A DNA stretch of 64,000 nucleotides. Origin: Blastocladiella emersonii ATCC 22665. Its lineage: Eukaryota > Fungi > Blastocladiomycota. Location of the stretch: contig JANHCV010000009.1 in NCBI GenBank assembly GCA_025594325.1, positions 558,001 through 622,000 on the forward strand. Reading direction: 5' to 3'. The position numbers and the translations under genes were made by a program. Position 1 is the stretch's first letter, and the number at the start of each line of letters is the position of its first letter. Below, in pieces: positions 1-10,606 of the stretch. Under the pieces are notes generated by a model. That model ran no database searches, had not been told where the DNA came from, and was given only the letters and a program-made list of their open reading frames with translations.

Positions 1-51
1 TTCATTCGCTCTCTGGACGGGAGGTAGTGGTGTAAGGCCGGGCGCGGGACA

Positions 52-273
52 GCGCGAGACAGTTTGAGACGCGTCGCGATATCATGTGAGCGGCTTGCGG
101 CGTGGCTGTGCGCCCTCTACCGTGAGCGACGCCGCCATGTGCAAAGTTGTTTGGGCGGATCGGCGTGAAATCGGGCGCGAGACAGTTTGAGACGCGTCGC
201 GATATCATGTGAGCGTCTCGTGGCGTGGCTGAGCGCCGTTCGCCCGCTCTCACGCTTCCTCGAGCGACGCCGC
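52..273. repeat. Degenerate direct repeat (2 copies, 123-nt offset) upstream of LRR gene 1
   Basis: gcgcgagacagtttgagacgcgtcgcgatatcatgtgagcg is identical at 52-92 and 175-215, followed by looser similarity. Related cassettes occur at ~2167-2192 and 62080-62105. Confidence 0.85.
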
Positions 274-334
274 TCTGCACCAGGTGCCCTCCTCCCTGGA
301 AAAGTCAACCCACCGCTATCGCAACGTAAACTCC

Positions 335-2082
335 ATGCAATGTCGTTCAAAGCTGTTCATGTACGAGGTCATTGAGCGGATCTTGTGCTACGCGGTCGAG
401 TTGCACGACGACCCGGACGACGTCCCCGGCATGCTTCAGTACGCGCGCGTCGCACGTCAACACTTGATTCCGCGAGTTCAGCATCACATCATCTTGCGCT
501 CTCCAAGCCTGTCGCTCGCGTCAGCAACCAAGCGAGGCAACGTTGCTCTCCTCGAAAAGTGGCGCTCGCTCGGCCTTCCCTTGGCTTGCGACTTGGAAGC
601 GCTGGGCGAAGCAGTCGATGCCGAGTATTTGACGTGCCTGGAATGGTGGCGCGACTCTGGAGTCCTCGTTCACCAGAAGCTCTCTAAATGGCTCGCGCGA
701 CGTGGCCGCTCGAATTGGTCCATTGTTTACCTGGCGCTATGTGCTCGCAGACCCGCGCATGTCTCTCCTTCCACTAGCGAGTCAAGCGACCTCGACGACA
801 GCGATACAAAATCATTCCTACCGGTTGTGGATGCGGAAATCAACAAGCTGTGCCCCGGCATCGCGTCAGGCGACATCAGTGTAATCATGTTGCATCGCCA
901 ACCGCTCTCGCAGGCTGGTGTTCGCGCCCTCAACCAAGCGATGGCGAGTCCGTCGCAGTGGCTTCAATCGGTCATGATTCATAGTTGCACCCTCGATTTG
1001 CCGCGGCTACATGCGATTCGGTTCTCTCACTCTGTCTCGTCTATCGAATTACAGCGGATCTGGCTGAAAAAAACTATTCGGCCGCGGATGCCGCCCTGGC
1101 CGTTGCCTGGCCTCCAGGCCTCACAACGCTGGCAATCACGGATTCGGACATTTCGGCCGAACTTGTGCCCTGCTTGCTCTCTCAGATTCCTGTGAGCTTG
1201 GAAGAATTTACTGTCGGGCTTAACAAGCTCGACATTCCAACCACCGAAGCTTTTCTAAACGCTCCTCCGCCCAACCTCAAGTCGTTGAGCTTCCATCAAC
1301 ACACTATTGACAGTTCCAGTCTTGCGCGCATCGGACGCCATTTGCCGCCAACTCTCAAGTCTTTCGTAATTGCGAATTACCCACTTGCGAATTTCAACGG
1401 CAGCCAACAGACTTGGCGGTTTCCCGCTTCTCTCACCAACTTGTTGTTCGCTAGCAGCCAATTAGACCTCGACGGGACAAGGGCGCTCGCGCCGGCACTT
1501 TCATCGGGCGCAATCAAGTTCCTTAGCCTGAGCGGAATAGGATTGTCGACCCGTGCCTGGGAGCTGCTTCTTGCCTCCCTGCCCGACACACTCACGTCCC
1601 TCAACATTGCCGAAGAGGATCTCAGCAATGAGTCGGCCGTCGCTAAGATCACGGGTCATCTTCCAGCTCAGCTCAACAGCCTTGAAATCAATTGTGTCAC
1701 GCTCTCGCCTGTTGGCGTCGCTCGTATCTTCTCAAGCCTTCCTCCCTCGCTCCGCACGTTTACGTTTGCGGGCTGACGCCATGCCTCGTCATATATGCAT
1801 GTTCTCGCTCAGCACATTCCGGCTTCGCTCAACAGTCTCTCTCTTACCATCACGCCGCTGACCGATGCGGCAATCAGCTGTCTCGCCACCAGCCTACCCG
1901 CGGCGCTGGAGTGGCTGGTATTGTATGACGACGCGATTTCAAGCGCAGCGGCCATCCAGCTAGCAAAGCAGCTACCCGCAGGCCTCAAGTATCTCAACTT
2001 GGCCCAAAACCCAATTGACGACCCAGGAATCGCGGCGATTGAAGAGATCTTGTCCAAGGCTCGCACTGAAGTCGCATTTTGA
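335..2082 (+). pseudogene. Ankyrin-like N-terminus + RNI-like LRR protein, disrupted (1 frameshift, 1 in-frame TGA)
   Basis: ORF 284-1195 (ERILCYAVELH...LEWWRDSG) changes frame at the A7 run 1067-1073 into ORF 985-1776 (LPxxLxxLxL repeats). In-frame TGA at 1774-1776 is followed by same-frame LRRs to 2082. Colinear with the adjacent paralogue. Start could be 335 or 359. Confidence 0.8.
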
Positions 2083-2341
2083 GCTGATAGTTTTCATCAT
2101 TTTGTCTTCAATAAATGTATCATCTGCGACTCGTTTAGCGTATGGAGGACGCGCTTGCACGCCAGTGCGAGACGCGTTTTGAAATCACGTGGAAATCAGG
2201 CCCATCACGGGGGAGGAAGTTCGAGTGGCGCACGCTTCGCTGGTTGTCCCGGCCGCCATCTTGAGGAGCGGCGGGCGCACGCTCTCCCGTTTCCCCTCGC
2301 TCATCACCTCGCCCATGATTGCAACGTAAATTTCATGCAAA

Positions 2342-4127
2342 ATGACCGTCGTGCTCGACATACCTCAGATCCTTGAACGCATTTTTTATGTCGTGCGGTG
2401 TGGCTGCACCCCAAAAAGTGCCGCTTTGACGACGACATCCCCGGACTCATGCAATACGCCCGTGTGATGCGCCAGGAGCTGATTCCGGGCATTCATCTCG
2501 CCATCATGAAGCGAGTTCCGGACTTTTCACTTGACGCGGCAACCTGGACTGGAAACGTCGCGCTTCTCCGCAAGTGGGCGTCGTATCAAGTTCCTCTCAC
2601 AATTTCAGTCAATGACCTAAAGGGTGCCTATGCGCACCGCTTCCTCTCAGCTCTCGAATGGTGGCGCGACTCGGGTGCCCTTGACATGGACGAGCTTCAC
2701 GAGTCCCTCATACGAAGTCACTATCTTACCAGCCAAAGCTTCTTTGTCGCCCTTGGGATCGCACCGATAGATCCACCCGGGTACTACGATGACTACTGCG
2801 ACGCCCCCCCCCCCCCCAAATCAAACCGATCCCCGCCGATCAATTTGTGTCGACCATGTGCCCGGATATTGCCTCGGGCAAAATTCGCGAGCTTCAGATC
2901 ACCAAGCAGCTTGTGACGAATGCGGGAATCGCTGCGCTGAATGCTGCCATGGCGAGCCCCACGCAGGCGCTTCGAACCTTGATTCTGATGTCCAGCACCA
3001 TCGACCTCACACGACTGCTTGCGATGCAGCTTCCCGACACTCTGGAGAAGGTCGTCCTCCTCGATCTGTGGTTTGGTGATTCGCCGCCTTCTGATCTGGC
3101 CCGCTCAATCGAGTGGCCTTCAAGCCTCCGCGTGCTTCATTTATCGTACGACTTGGCTCTGTCCGCCGAGGCAGCAGCTTGTCTTTTTGCTCGCCTTCCT
3201 CCCATGTTGGACGACTTGACGATCTCCGTTAGGCAGCTCGAGGGCGACGATGCCCTCACGCTTGTCCGCGCGCTTCCAGTCACGCTCATCTCACTGACCT
3301 TGGAGACGGATAAAGTTACTGGTTCTGAGCTCGCTGCATTCGGACCCGAGCTTCCGGAATCACTTATTCGGCTCCGTTTAGTCTCGCGTGGGCTCTCCCA
3401 GGTGGACGAGAACACGATTTGGCGTTTTCCTAAGCAACTTTCGAGCCTCTCTCTTGCTCTGCCGTATGGATCGCTCGGCGAGCGCGCAACGCGCGTCCCT
3501 GCAAAATCCCTGCCGCTTACCACCCTTGACAAGCTTCAGCTCGATGAAGCCTCGTTGGAGCCGCAGGAAGCTGCTCAAGTATACCGCTCGCTTCCCGCGA
3601 CGCTCACTTCGCTCAGCGTGAACGGCACGAGAATCAATAATTCCGATGCGGACGCATTCGTCCTCGCGCTTCGAGATGGACTGAACTCTCTTGACTTGGC
3701 GCGGACGGAACTCTCGCAAGAATTTAAGATAACGCTTCTTCAACATCTGCCTCGGACGCTCAGCCACCTTTCGCTCGCGGGATCTCCATTTACGAGCGAA
3801 TGCGCCCAGCTCCTGGCCTTCAACATGCCACCAGAGCTTCACATGCTTGACCTCGAACGGACGGCCCTCGACGATGACGCTCTCATCTGTCTTGCACCGG
3901 GGCTTCCCGCCTCGCTCAAGCATCTGAACCTTGCCTACAACTTTTTTACCGAAAAGGGCACCCTCGTTCTCGCCGCCCATCTTCCTCCCAACCTGGAGTG
4001 CTTGGACATGCGCTGGTGCAAATCGGTCACCTACAAGGCCACCCAGGTGTTCTCGGAGGTGATCCCTTTAACCTATGACAAAAAGGTGTTCTACGCTTTC
4101 AAGTCGAAGCCAAAGCAGCCCTCGTAG
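2342..4127 (+). pseudogene. Ankyrin-like N-terminus + RNI-like LRR protein, paralogue 2 (two homopolymer frameshifts; possibly intact)
   Basis: ATG 2342 (MTVVLDIPQILERI) shifts at T6 (2382-2387) into ORF 2398, then shifts at C14 (2804-2817) into ORF 2847-4127 with about 12 LRRs (e.g. SLKHLNLAYNFF). The upstream motif gcaacgtaaa lies at 321 and 2321, indicating a tandem duplication. Confidence 0.8.
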
Positions 4128-5422
4128 CTGACCAAGCGTGCTTGGTCTTTTTTTGCCCAGCTCAAGCCGCGCGCCGAGCAGTTCTGACGGTCCGCCGCTC
4201 AAATTCGAAGCTGTTCTCATTTGATCGTTGTAAGTTAAGTTTTTTTTTTTCTCATTTGTTGTTAATGTATTCAAGTTGCTCCATGACCTCGGTGGCCGTA
4301 AGTGAGCAAGCTTCAAGTCTCACGTCAAGTGCAAGCAATCGTTGCCTCGCCCGCCCTGATCCACCAGTCAGCGCCCCTCAGGCATGAGCTCTCCGACTAT
4401 CGACCCGAATAAAGCTGTGATATTGTGTAGTAGCGAGCCTCCGCCCCAGAAAGATTCGACAAGACCGGCCCGCGGCGCTTCCTCGCGCGAACGACAAGAA
4501 CTGGTGCAAGTTGAAACCGTACGCGAGTCCCGTTCCTTTGATCCGTTGCCTGGTTGACGCGGGCAAGGTGATCGTCTCGCGGCCGGCGCGGGTGCCTGGG
4601 CGGGGCCTGTAAGCTGAGCCCAGCTTCGCGGCGGAGTCGACGATGATCAGCACGACGATCAAAGCGAGAGAAGAGGAAACAGTACGCACGTCAACCGTGC
4701 GAGCCGCGACTCACGCTGCCCGCCTCAGCCAGGGTTCGAGTCGTGGGTAAGCGGTTTGCGAGATTTTAAGTAGCGCGTCGGCGACTTGCGCTGAGCCAGC
4801 TTGCCGCGAGTGTCACGAGCGCCGCGATATCCAGATGGATAAGTCGTGCTTTGGTGAGCGCTTCAGCGACAGAGCCGTGTGCCTCCTGCATGATGAGGAC
4901 CTTGCGCGCTGAGTGCAGCTCATCAACCAAGTCGCAGAGGCCGCAGGGCGACCCGAAATGGACCGCATATATGCAGTGTCCACAATCGAGTGCGACGAGG
5001 CAGCGAACATCATGCAGGCAAACAGTGTGCGGTCCTCGTCACGTTTTCATTGTTCTTGCTCGGTACCACAGCGGTTGGAGCAAAGGAGATCGTTGCGAGG
5101 AGCCGCGAGTAGGCGACTGCCGACCACGGGCCGCGGCACGTCATGAAGCGGGCGGTAGCGAGTCAAATGCGCCAAGTGGCGAGATGCATGGTTCAGGGAT
5201 AGCAATACATGAGCGAGCGGGTTGGGGAGAAGCGGTGGGAGCTGGGGGCTGAGCGAAGAAACCACGCGTGCATTATGTCGCGTTGACATCACCTGACGCG
5301 GACCGGATCGGCGCAAGCCATCTTCGTTGCCCCTGAGGCGTGCCCCGCCTGCCCGCCGCCCATCATCGTCCCTCCTCTCTCCCTCGGCAGTCCGCCTTCA
5401 TCATCATCAGCACCACCCAACC

Positions 5423-7231
5423 ATGGATAGCTCGGCCGACGGACCTGCTGCAACCCCGACCACGACCTCAGCCGCCTCCGTCGCCGCGGCTGCGGCCGCC
5501 GCCGCCGAAGCCATCGGCGCCGCGCTCGCCGGCGGCAGCAGCCCGACCACCACCGGCACCGGCACCGGCACCGGCACCACCGCGACGCCAGCCCCGACGC
5601 AGTACACGCGGTGGAGCCGCCCGCTGGACCAACAGCTGCTCCAAATCGTGGCGCGCCTGCGCCCGCACACGGCGCCGCACCGGACCAAGGCGACGACGTG
5701 GGAGTCGGTCGCCGACAACCTGTCTGCGGCGATCCGCGACTCGGGGTGCGGCGGGGCGAGCCGCCCGTCGACGCGCGCGGTCCGCCGCCGCGTCGACGGG
5801 TACGTGGACCGGTACCGCGCCGCCGCCGCCATGGTCCCGGGCTACGTGCCGGGGACGACGCCGGCGCCGGGCGTGGTGCTGGTCGACCCGATGCTCGACG
5901 CGTTCCTCGCCGCGATCGTCGCGGATATCGACGGGTCCAGGCGCATCATGCGCAAGCGGCGCCGCGACGCCAAGGCCGCGGGGGTGCCGTCGCCGGCGCT
6001 GACGCCCGCCCCCGCGCCGCGGCCGGACGCGGTTGCGTGTACCTGCGCGACGTCGCCCGCGGGACCCGCCGGGTGCTACCTGCACTACGTCCAGCACCAC
6101 CAGGCGGCCGCGGCTGCCGCGGCTGCTGCTGCTGCTGCGGCCGCCGCGTCGTCGCAGCCGCTGTTCGCGCCGGACCCGTCGCGTATCCAGCCCGCGGTGC
6201 CCGCGCCCGTCGCGGCGGGCAACTACTACGACTCGTCGTCCTCGTCCTCCTCATCGGGCTCCGAGTCCGAGTCCGAGTCGGAATCTGAGTCCGAGTCGGA
6301 CGCCGAGATGCCGCACCAGCAGCACCCGCAGCAGGTCGACGAGCTCGGCGGCGACGACGACGACGAGGTCCAGGTCCTCGCGCGGCCCGCCGGCACCGGC
6401 GTCGCCGACCACGCGGCGGCCGACCGCCTGTACGCGCAGATCGAGGCCGCGTTCGGTGTGCCAACTAGCACGCCGGCGACCGCTCCGAGCGCGCTCGTGG
6501 CCGCCCTGTCCGCAACGACGAGCGGTGCACCCGCAAGCGCTGCTGCTGCTGCTGCTGCTGCCGCGGCTGCGGCCGCGTCCCGGTTCACGGCACCCATGGC
6601 GCCCATCGTCCCGCCGCCCCTGATCCCGGCGTCGGCGCCGACGCCGCTCACCGCGATCCTGACGGGCGGGGCGCCGGCGCCGGCGCTCACGACCATGACC
6701 AGCGCGTCGGCCGCCGCTGCCGCTGCCGCTGCTGCGGCGGCGAGCAAGAAGCGCCGCCGCACGTCGCTCGACTCGACGGCCACCATGACCGCGACCGCGA
6801 AACGCGCCGCGCGCGCGCTCTCCCGCCCTCCTCACCCTTCCGACGACGCCGCGGGCGCCCTGACCGTCCTCGCGCGCGCGCTCGCGAAACAAACCGAGCT
6901 CGCGTCGGCGCTCGCGGTCCGCCAAGAAGAGCGCGAGACCCGCCTGATCACGCTGTTCGCGGACCTCGAAGCGCGGCGCGCGGACCGCGAGGCGCGCGTG
7001 ATGCAAATGCAGGCGGAGCGCGAGTTCCACCTGGTGCAGGCGCAGGCGCGGCACCACGAGATGGCGGTGCGCGAGCGCGAGCTCGTGGTGCGCGAGCGCG
7101 AGGTCGCGAATGCTGAGCGCGAGTTGGTGGCGCGGGGTGGGGTTGTGCTGCGGGGTTCTGGTGGTGGGAGTGGCGGGTATGGTGGGGAGGGGAATGGCGA
7201 GGGCGGGCCGGCGGTGCCGCCCGCGGTGTAA
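5423..7231 (+). CDS. Myb/SANT-like (trihelix-type) DNA-binding protein with C-terminal coiled coil, 602 aa
   Basis: RWSRPLDQQLLQIV...WESVADNL...RAVRRRVDGYV resembles a Myb/SANT-like helix bundle. It has poly-Ala/Ser/acidic linkers and an E/R-rich coiled coil. ATG in ccATGg context; intronless ORF. Confidence 0.7.
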   Translation: MDSSADGPAATPTTTSAASVAAAAAAAAEAIGAALAGGSSPTTTGTGTGTGTTATPAPTQYTRWSRPLDQQLLQIVARLRPHTAPHRTKATTWESVADNLSAAIRDSGCGGASRPSTRAVRRRVDGYVDRYRAAAAMVPGYVPGTTPAPGVVLVDPMLDAFLAAIVADIDGSRRIMRKRRRDAKAAGVPSPALTPAPAPRPDAVACTCATSPAGPAGCYLHYVQHHQAAAAAAAAAAAAAAASSQPLFAPDPSRIQPAVPAPVAAGNYYDSSSSSSSSGSESESESESESESDAEMPHQQHPQQVDELGGDDDDEVQVLARPAGTGVADHAAADRLYAQIEAAFGVPTSTPATAPSALVAALSATTSGAPASAAAAAAAAAAAAASRFTAPMAPIVPPPLIPASAPTPLTAILTGGAPAPALTTMTSASAAAAAAAAAAASKKRRRTSLDSTATMTATAKRAARALSRPPHPSDDAAGALTVLARALAKQTELASALAVRQEERETRLITLFADLEARRADREARVMQMQAEREFHLVQAQARHHEMAVRERELVVREREVANAERELVARGGVVLRGSGGGSGGYGGEGNGEGGPAVPPAV

Positions 7232-8052
7232 GTTTTGTTTGGGTCGTGAGTGAAGTGTAATGTATCTCTTTTTGTGCATGATGATGGTCTCGCTCGGCCG
7301 GCCGTGCTCGTTCGAGTTGGCGGGATATTGGTGGCGAGCGACGCTGGAGACAAGGCTGGATCGAACGAAACGCGCAGCGTGCGTGGCCACAGTCAGCCCA
7401 TGGCCGCGATGCAGCTCGCCCGCTCAGGAACGCTGGCCGCGACGTACAGCCGCGCAAGGAAGCTGCCCACCGTTCCATAACGCTGGCGAGAACTGAAGTG
7501 ACGCGAGTGAGATGAGCGACAACGGCAACGGCCAAGGCCATGGCCGCCGTCGTCTCGTCGCGCTTCACGGCCATCGTCGCGTCGAGCGTCACTTTGGAAC
7601 GCCCCGCCGGCCGCGACTAAGGACGCCGGCGAGAACATGAGCGCGAAACGAGTGAGGCCGCGCTCAGCGAGCACGTCCATGACTACACACGACTGAAGGA
7701 TGCTTCAAGATCTCGAGAGAAGCGCGAGTGAGACACGCGAGCAACCACGGCCATCATCCATCCTCGCGCTCACTGCTCAGAGACGTCGTCGGAACTCGAA
7801 GGAAGACAAGGCAGGATTAGAGATGTGCGAGCAAAACCATGTGTACTACTGCAGATACAAGCCAAACAACGACAACCAACGACAACTCACTGCGGGTGCG
7901 CGCGCTGCATGAGGCGGCGGTACGTGTCCGTGGTCGGCCACGTCGGCGCGAGCCGCACCGGCGGCGGAAGCCACTGCGGCGGGAGCACGGGCACGGGCGG
8001 GTACGGGGGCCACGACGACCACGCGCCGTAGGCGACCCCCGCGTCACCGCGG

Positions 8053-9258
8053 TTAAAACAGCGACGCGTTGGCGCCCGCCGGCATCGAGTACTGCGGGGG
8101 CAGCCCACGGGCGACGGCGTTGAGCTGCTTCTGCTGCTGCTCGACGAGCTGCATCGTGAGGCGGCGGACCTGGTCTTGGAGGTCGGCGTTGGACGCCTCG
8201 AGGTCGTTGACCTTGGCCTCGAGGAACTCGATCTTGGCCTGCTTGCGGGCGCGCGACTTGCGCGCCGACAGCGTGTTCTTGATGCGCTTGGCCTCCTTGG
8301 GGTCGATGTTCGGGTCGAGGTCGAGCGGCGACGGGCCCTCGTCGTCCTCATCCCCCAAATCGGCCTCGGTCGCCGTGCGCTTGTTGGGCTTGGGCGGCGC
8401 ACCGCGGCGCGGCTGGATGGGCGCGTCGAGGGCGATCAGGTTGGTCGGGTACGCGAGCTCGGCGGGCATCGACCGGCACTTGGACGACGACTTGCGCGTC
8501 GTGGTCGGGATGCGCGCCGTCGCCGAGGTCGACGCCGACGACGCCGTCTCGGACACGACGGGGGCGGGCGCGGGCGCGGCAGCAGCGTCGGGGGCAACGG
8601 GCTCAACCGGAGCGACGGGCTCGGGGGCGACAAACTCGAGCGCGGGCACCTCGACGTGCTCGAGGTCAGGTACGTCGGCGGGGAGGTCGAACGACATGCC
8701 GGCCGACGCGGCAGCGACGGCGGCGGCAGCCTGGAGCGCCGCGGGGCTGACGAGCGCGGGGACCGACGCCGCGGCGGCACCCTGGCCAACGAGGTCGGCG
8801 AGCGACAGGGCGGGCACGGGCGCGTGCGCGTGCGCGTGCGCGGGGGCCGCGTTCGGGTACATGGCGTACGGGTTCATGTACGCGAGGATGGCGGGGTCGT
8901 AGGCGTGGGCGAGGGGCACGGGGGCAAAGGCGAGCGGGTCGAACGCCATGCCGAGGGGCGCGTTGACGGTCGCGCGGGCCGGGTCAAAGGCGGCGGCCGC
9001 GTCGGGCACGGGCAGGTCGCCGCCGGCGCCGCCAACGTCCTTCTTCTCCGACTCCTCGAGCGAGATGGACCACAGCGCCGCGAGCTCGGCCGAGGCCGCC
9101 GAGCCGTCGAACAGCTGCGCGAACGCGTCGGCCGACGGGTCGGCGAACAGCTTGGCGAAGTCGAGTACGGCAAACTCGGACGAGCCGGGCGGCGTCGACT
9201 GCTGCTGGTTGGGCTGGCCGGCACCGGCGGCAGCGAGGTGGTTGTTCCATTCGGCCAT
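8053..9258 (-). CDS. Gcn4/CPC-1-like bZIP transcription factor (paralogue 1), 401 aa
   Basis: Basic region KRIKNTLSARKSRARK plus leucine zipper, upstream LIALDAPIQPRR motif, and acidic/Phe patches in the N-terminus. Confidence 0.85.
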   Translation of the reverse strand: MAEWNNHLAAAGAGQPNQQQSTPPGSSEFAVLDFAKLFADPSADAFAQLFDGSAASAELAALWSISLEESEKKDVGGAGGDLPVPDAAAAFDPARATVNAPLGMAFDPLAFAPVPLAHAYDPAILAYMNPYAMYPNAAPAHAHAHAPVPALSLADLVGQGAAAASVPALVSPAALQAAAAVAAASAGMSFDLPADVPDLEHVEVPALEFVAPEPVAPVEPVAPDAAAAPAPAPVVSETASSASTSATARIPTTTRKSSSKCRSMPAELAYPTNLIALDAPIQPRRGAPPKPNKRTATEADLGDEDDEGPSPLDLDPNIDPKEAKRIKNTLSARKSRARKQAKIEFLEAKVNDLEASNADLQDQVRRLTMQLVEQQQKQLNAVARGLPPQYSMPAGANASLF

Positions 9259-9514
9259 GTTGGCGGTCCACAGCGGGGGCGGGGTGAGGGCGAGGTGAGT
9301 GGTGGTGTTGCGATCGAGCAGGAGCGCTGAGACAGCGGTTGCAGCGAGTGGCGGGGGTGGGGTGGTGGTGTGGTCGACGTCGGGGGAGCGCAGGGCGACA
9401 GACGCGGGGGTCTGGAGAAGCGGCGCAGTGGGGGCAAGGGGGGTGTGGTGGTCGTCGACCCAAATCTCGGGGATGGCGGCAGCAGGCGGAGGTGCGGCTG
9501 CTACCTCACGCGGG

Positions 9515-9685
9515 CTAAATCGGCGACTGGGCGGGCACGCGGGCCGGGGTCGGCGGGCGGGCGGCAGCGAGGGCGGGCGGCGCGGCGAGGTCGAGGTCGG
9601 CCGGGAACAGGCCGCCGAACGGTCGGTGGTTGTGGTGGTGGCGGTGGTCTTGGTGGTGGGTGGAAGAGCGGGCCGCGATGGACAT
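9515..9685 (-). promoter_or_regulatory. Upstream ORF (56 aa) in the leader of bZIP paralogue 1
   Basis: This is the only ATG found on the minus strand between 9259 and ~9950. It is out of frame with the main CDS and ends at TAG 9515-9517. Confidence 0.55.
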
Positions 9686-10156
9686 TCCCGGGGAGCGAGA
9701 GAGAGCGTGTGGAGACGAGATGGAGGCAACGGCGAGCGAGCGCGTGCAGACGTGTGCAGCGGAGGCCGGAGCGGAGCGGGAGGGGAGGGCCCGGACGAGT
9801 GGAGGAGCGCGGGGGACCGCCGCCGTTTTGACTGTTGCACGGGTGAGACAGGGACTCGACCGTCTTCTGGGCGGGACGCCAGAACAGGGACCCGTCAAGC
9901 CGCACCGTCACGCGCGGTTGACTCGATTCGCGCCCGGTGGCTTTCTTTTTTCGGTTTTGCGGTTCGGTCTCGCCGCCGCCACACGCACGCGCCCGTCACC
10001 TGACGCTTGCGATGCGTCTCTGCGCTTCCCTCGCGCCTCGCGCCGCCACGCCGCCGCCGACGCGTCGTTCACCTTCCCCCCCTCCTCTCCCGCGTGTCTC
10101 ACCTCAGCAACGCAGCCACTCTATGCAACCTGTATAAACCACCAGAAACCGCTAAA

Positions 10157-10553
10157 ATGTCGTCCCCCGCCGAGACCCGCCAGCTCAAGATCAAGACGGG
10201 CGTCGTGAAGCGGCTGGCCAAGGAGATCTTCATGTACCAGAAGGAGGCCGAGAAGCAGCAGGCCAAGGTCGCCGCCATGGCCGAGGCCGGCGCCGACGAG
10301 CACGACGTGCGCAAGCAGAAGGAGGTGCTGCAGGAGACGCTCGTCATGATCCCCGACACCCAGCGCCGCCTCGTCGACGCGTTTGCCGATCTCGAGGCCT
10401 ACGCTGTGCGTTACTCTTATGTTATCAGTACTTTGTGTGTGCTCACTCTCGTACCCGCCGTAGTCCGCTGTCGCCAACCTCAAGGAAACCCCCGAGTACG
10501 ACGCCGCCATCTCGGTCCTCGACGAGGCCCGCCCGCAGCTCGCCTCCGCATAA
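10157..10553 (+). CDS. TBCA: Tubulin-specific chaperone A (cofactor A / Rbl2), 112 aa; intron 10406-10463
   Basis: RQLKIKTGVVKRLAKE...KQKEVLQETLVMIPDTQRRL is the cofactor A signature. The gtgcgt...ctcac...tag intron restores the frame. Confidence 0.93.
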
Positions 10554-10606
10554 CCTTGCAACTTGTCCTATATATATTCCACTCTCACCCTGACCACCCA
10601 TCGATC

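Noticed and set aside
4378-5150. Possible integrase or gene relic (VLIIVDSAAKL on minus; DLAR*VQLINQVAEAAG on plus)
   Set aside because: Only a few residues resemble an rve motif, the D..E and SDxG context is missing, and nothing is assignable.
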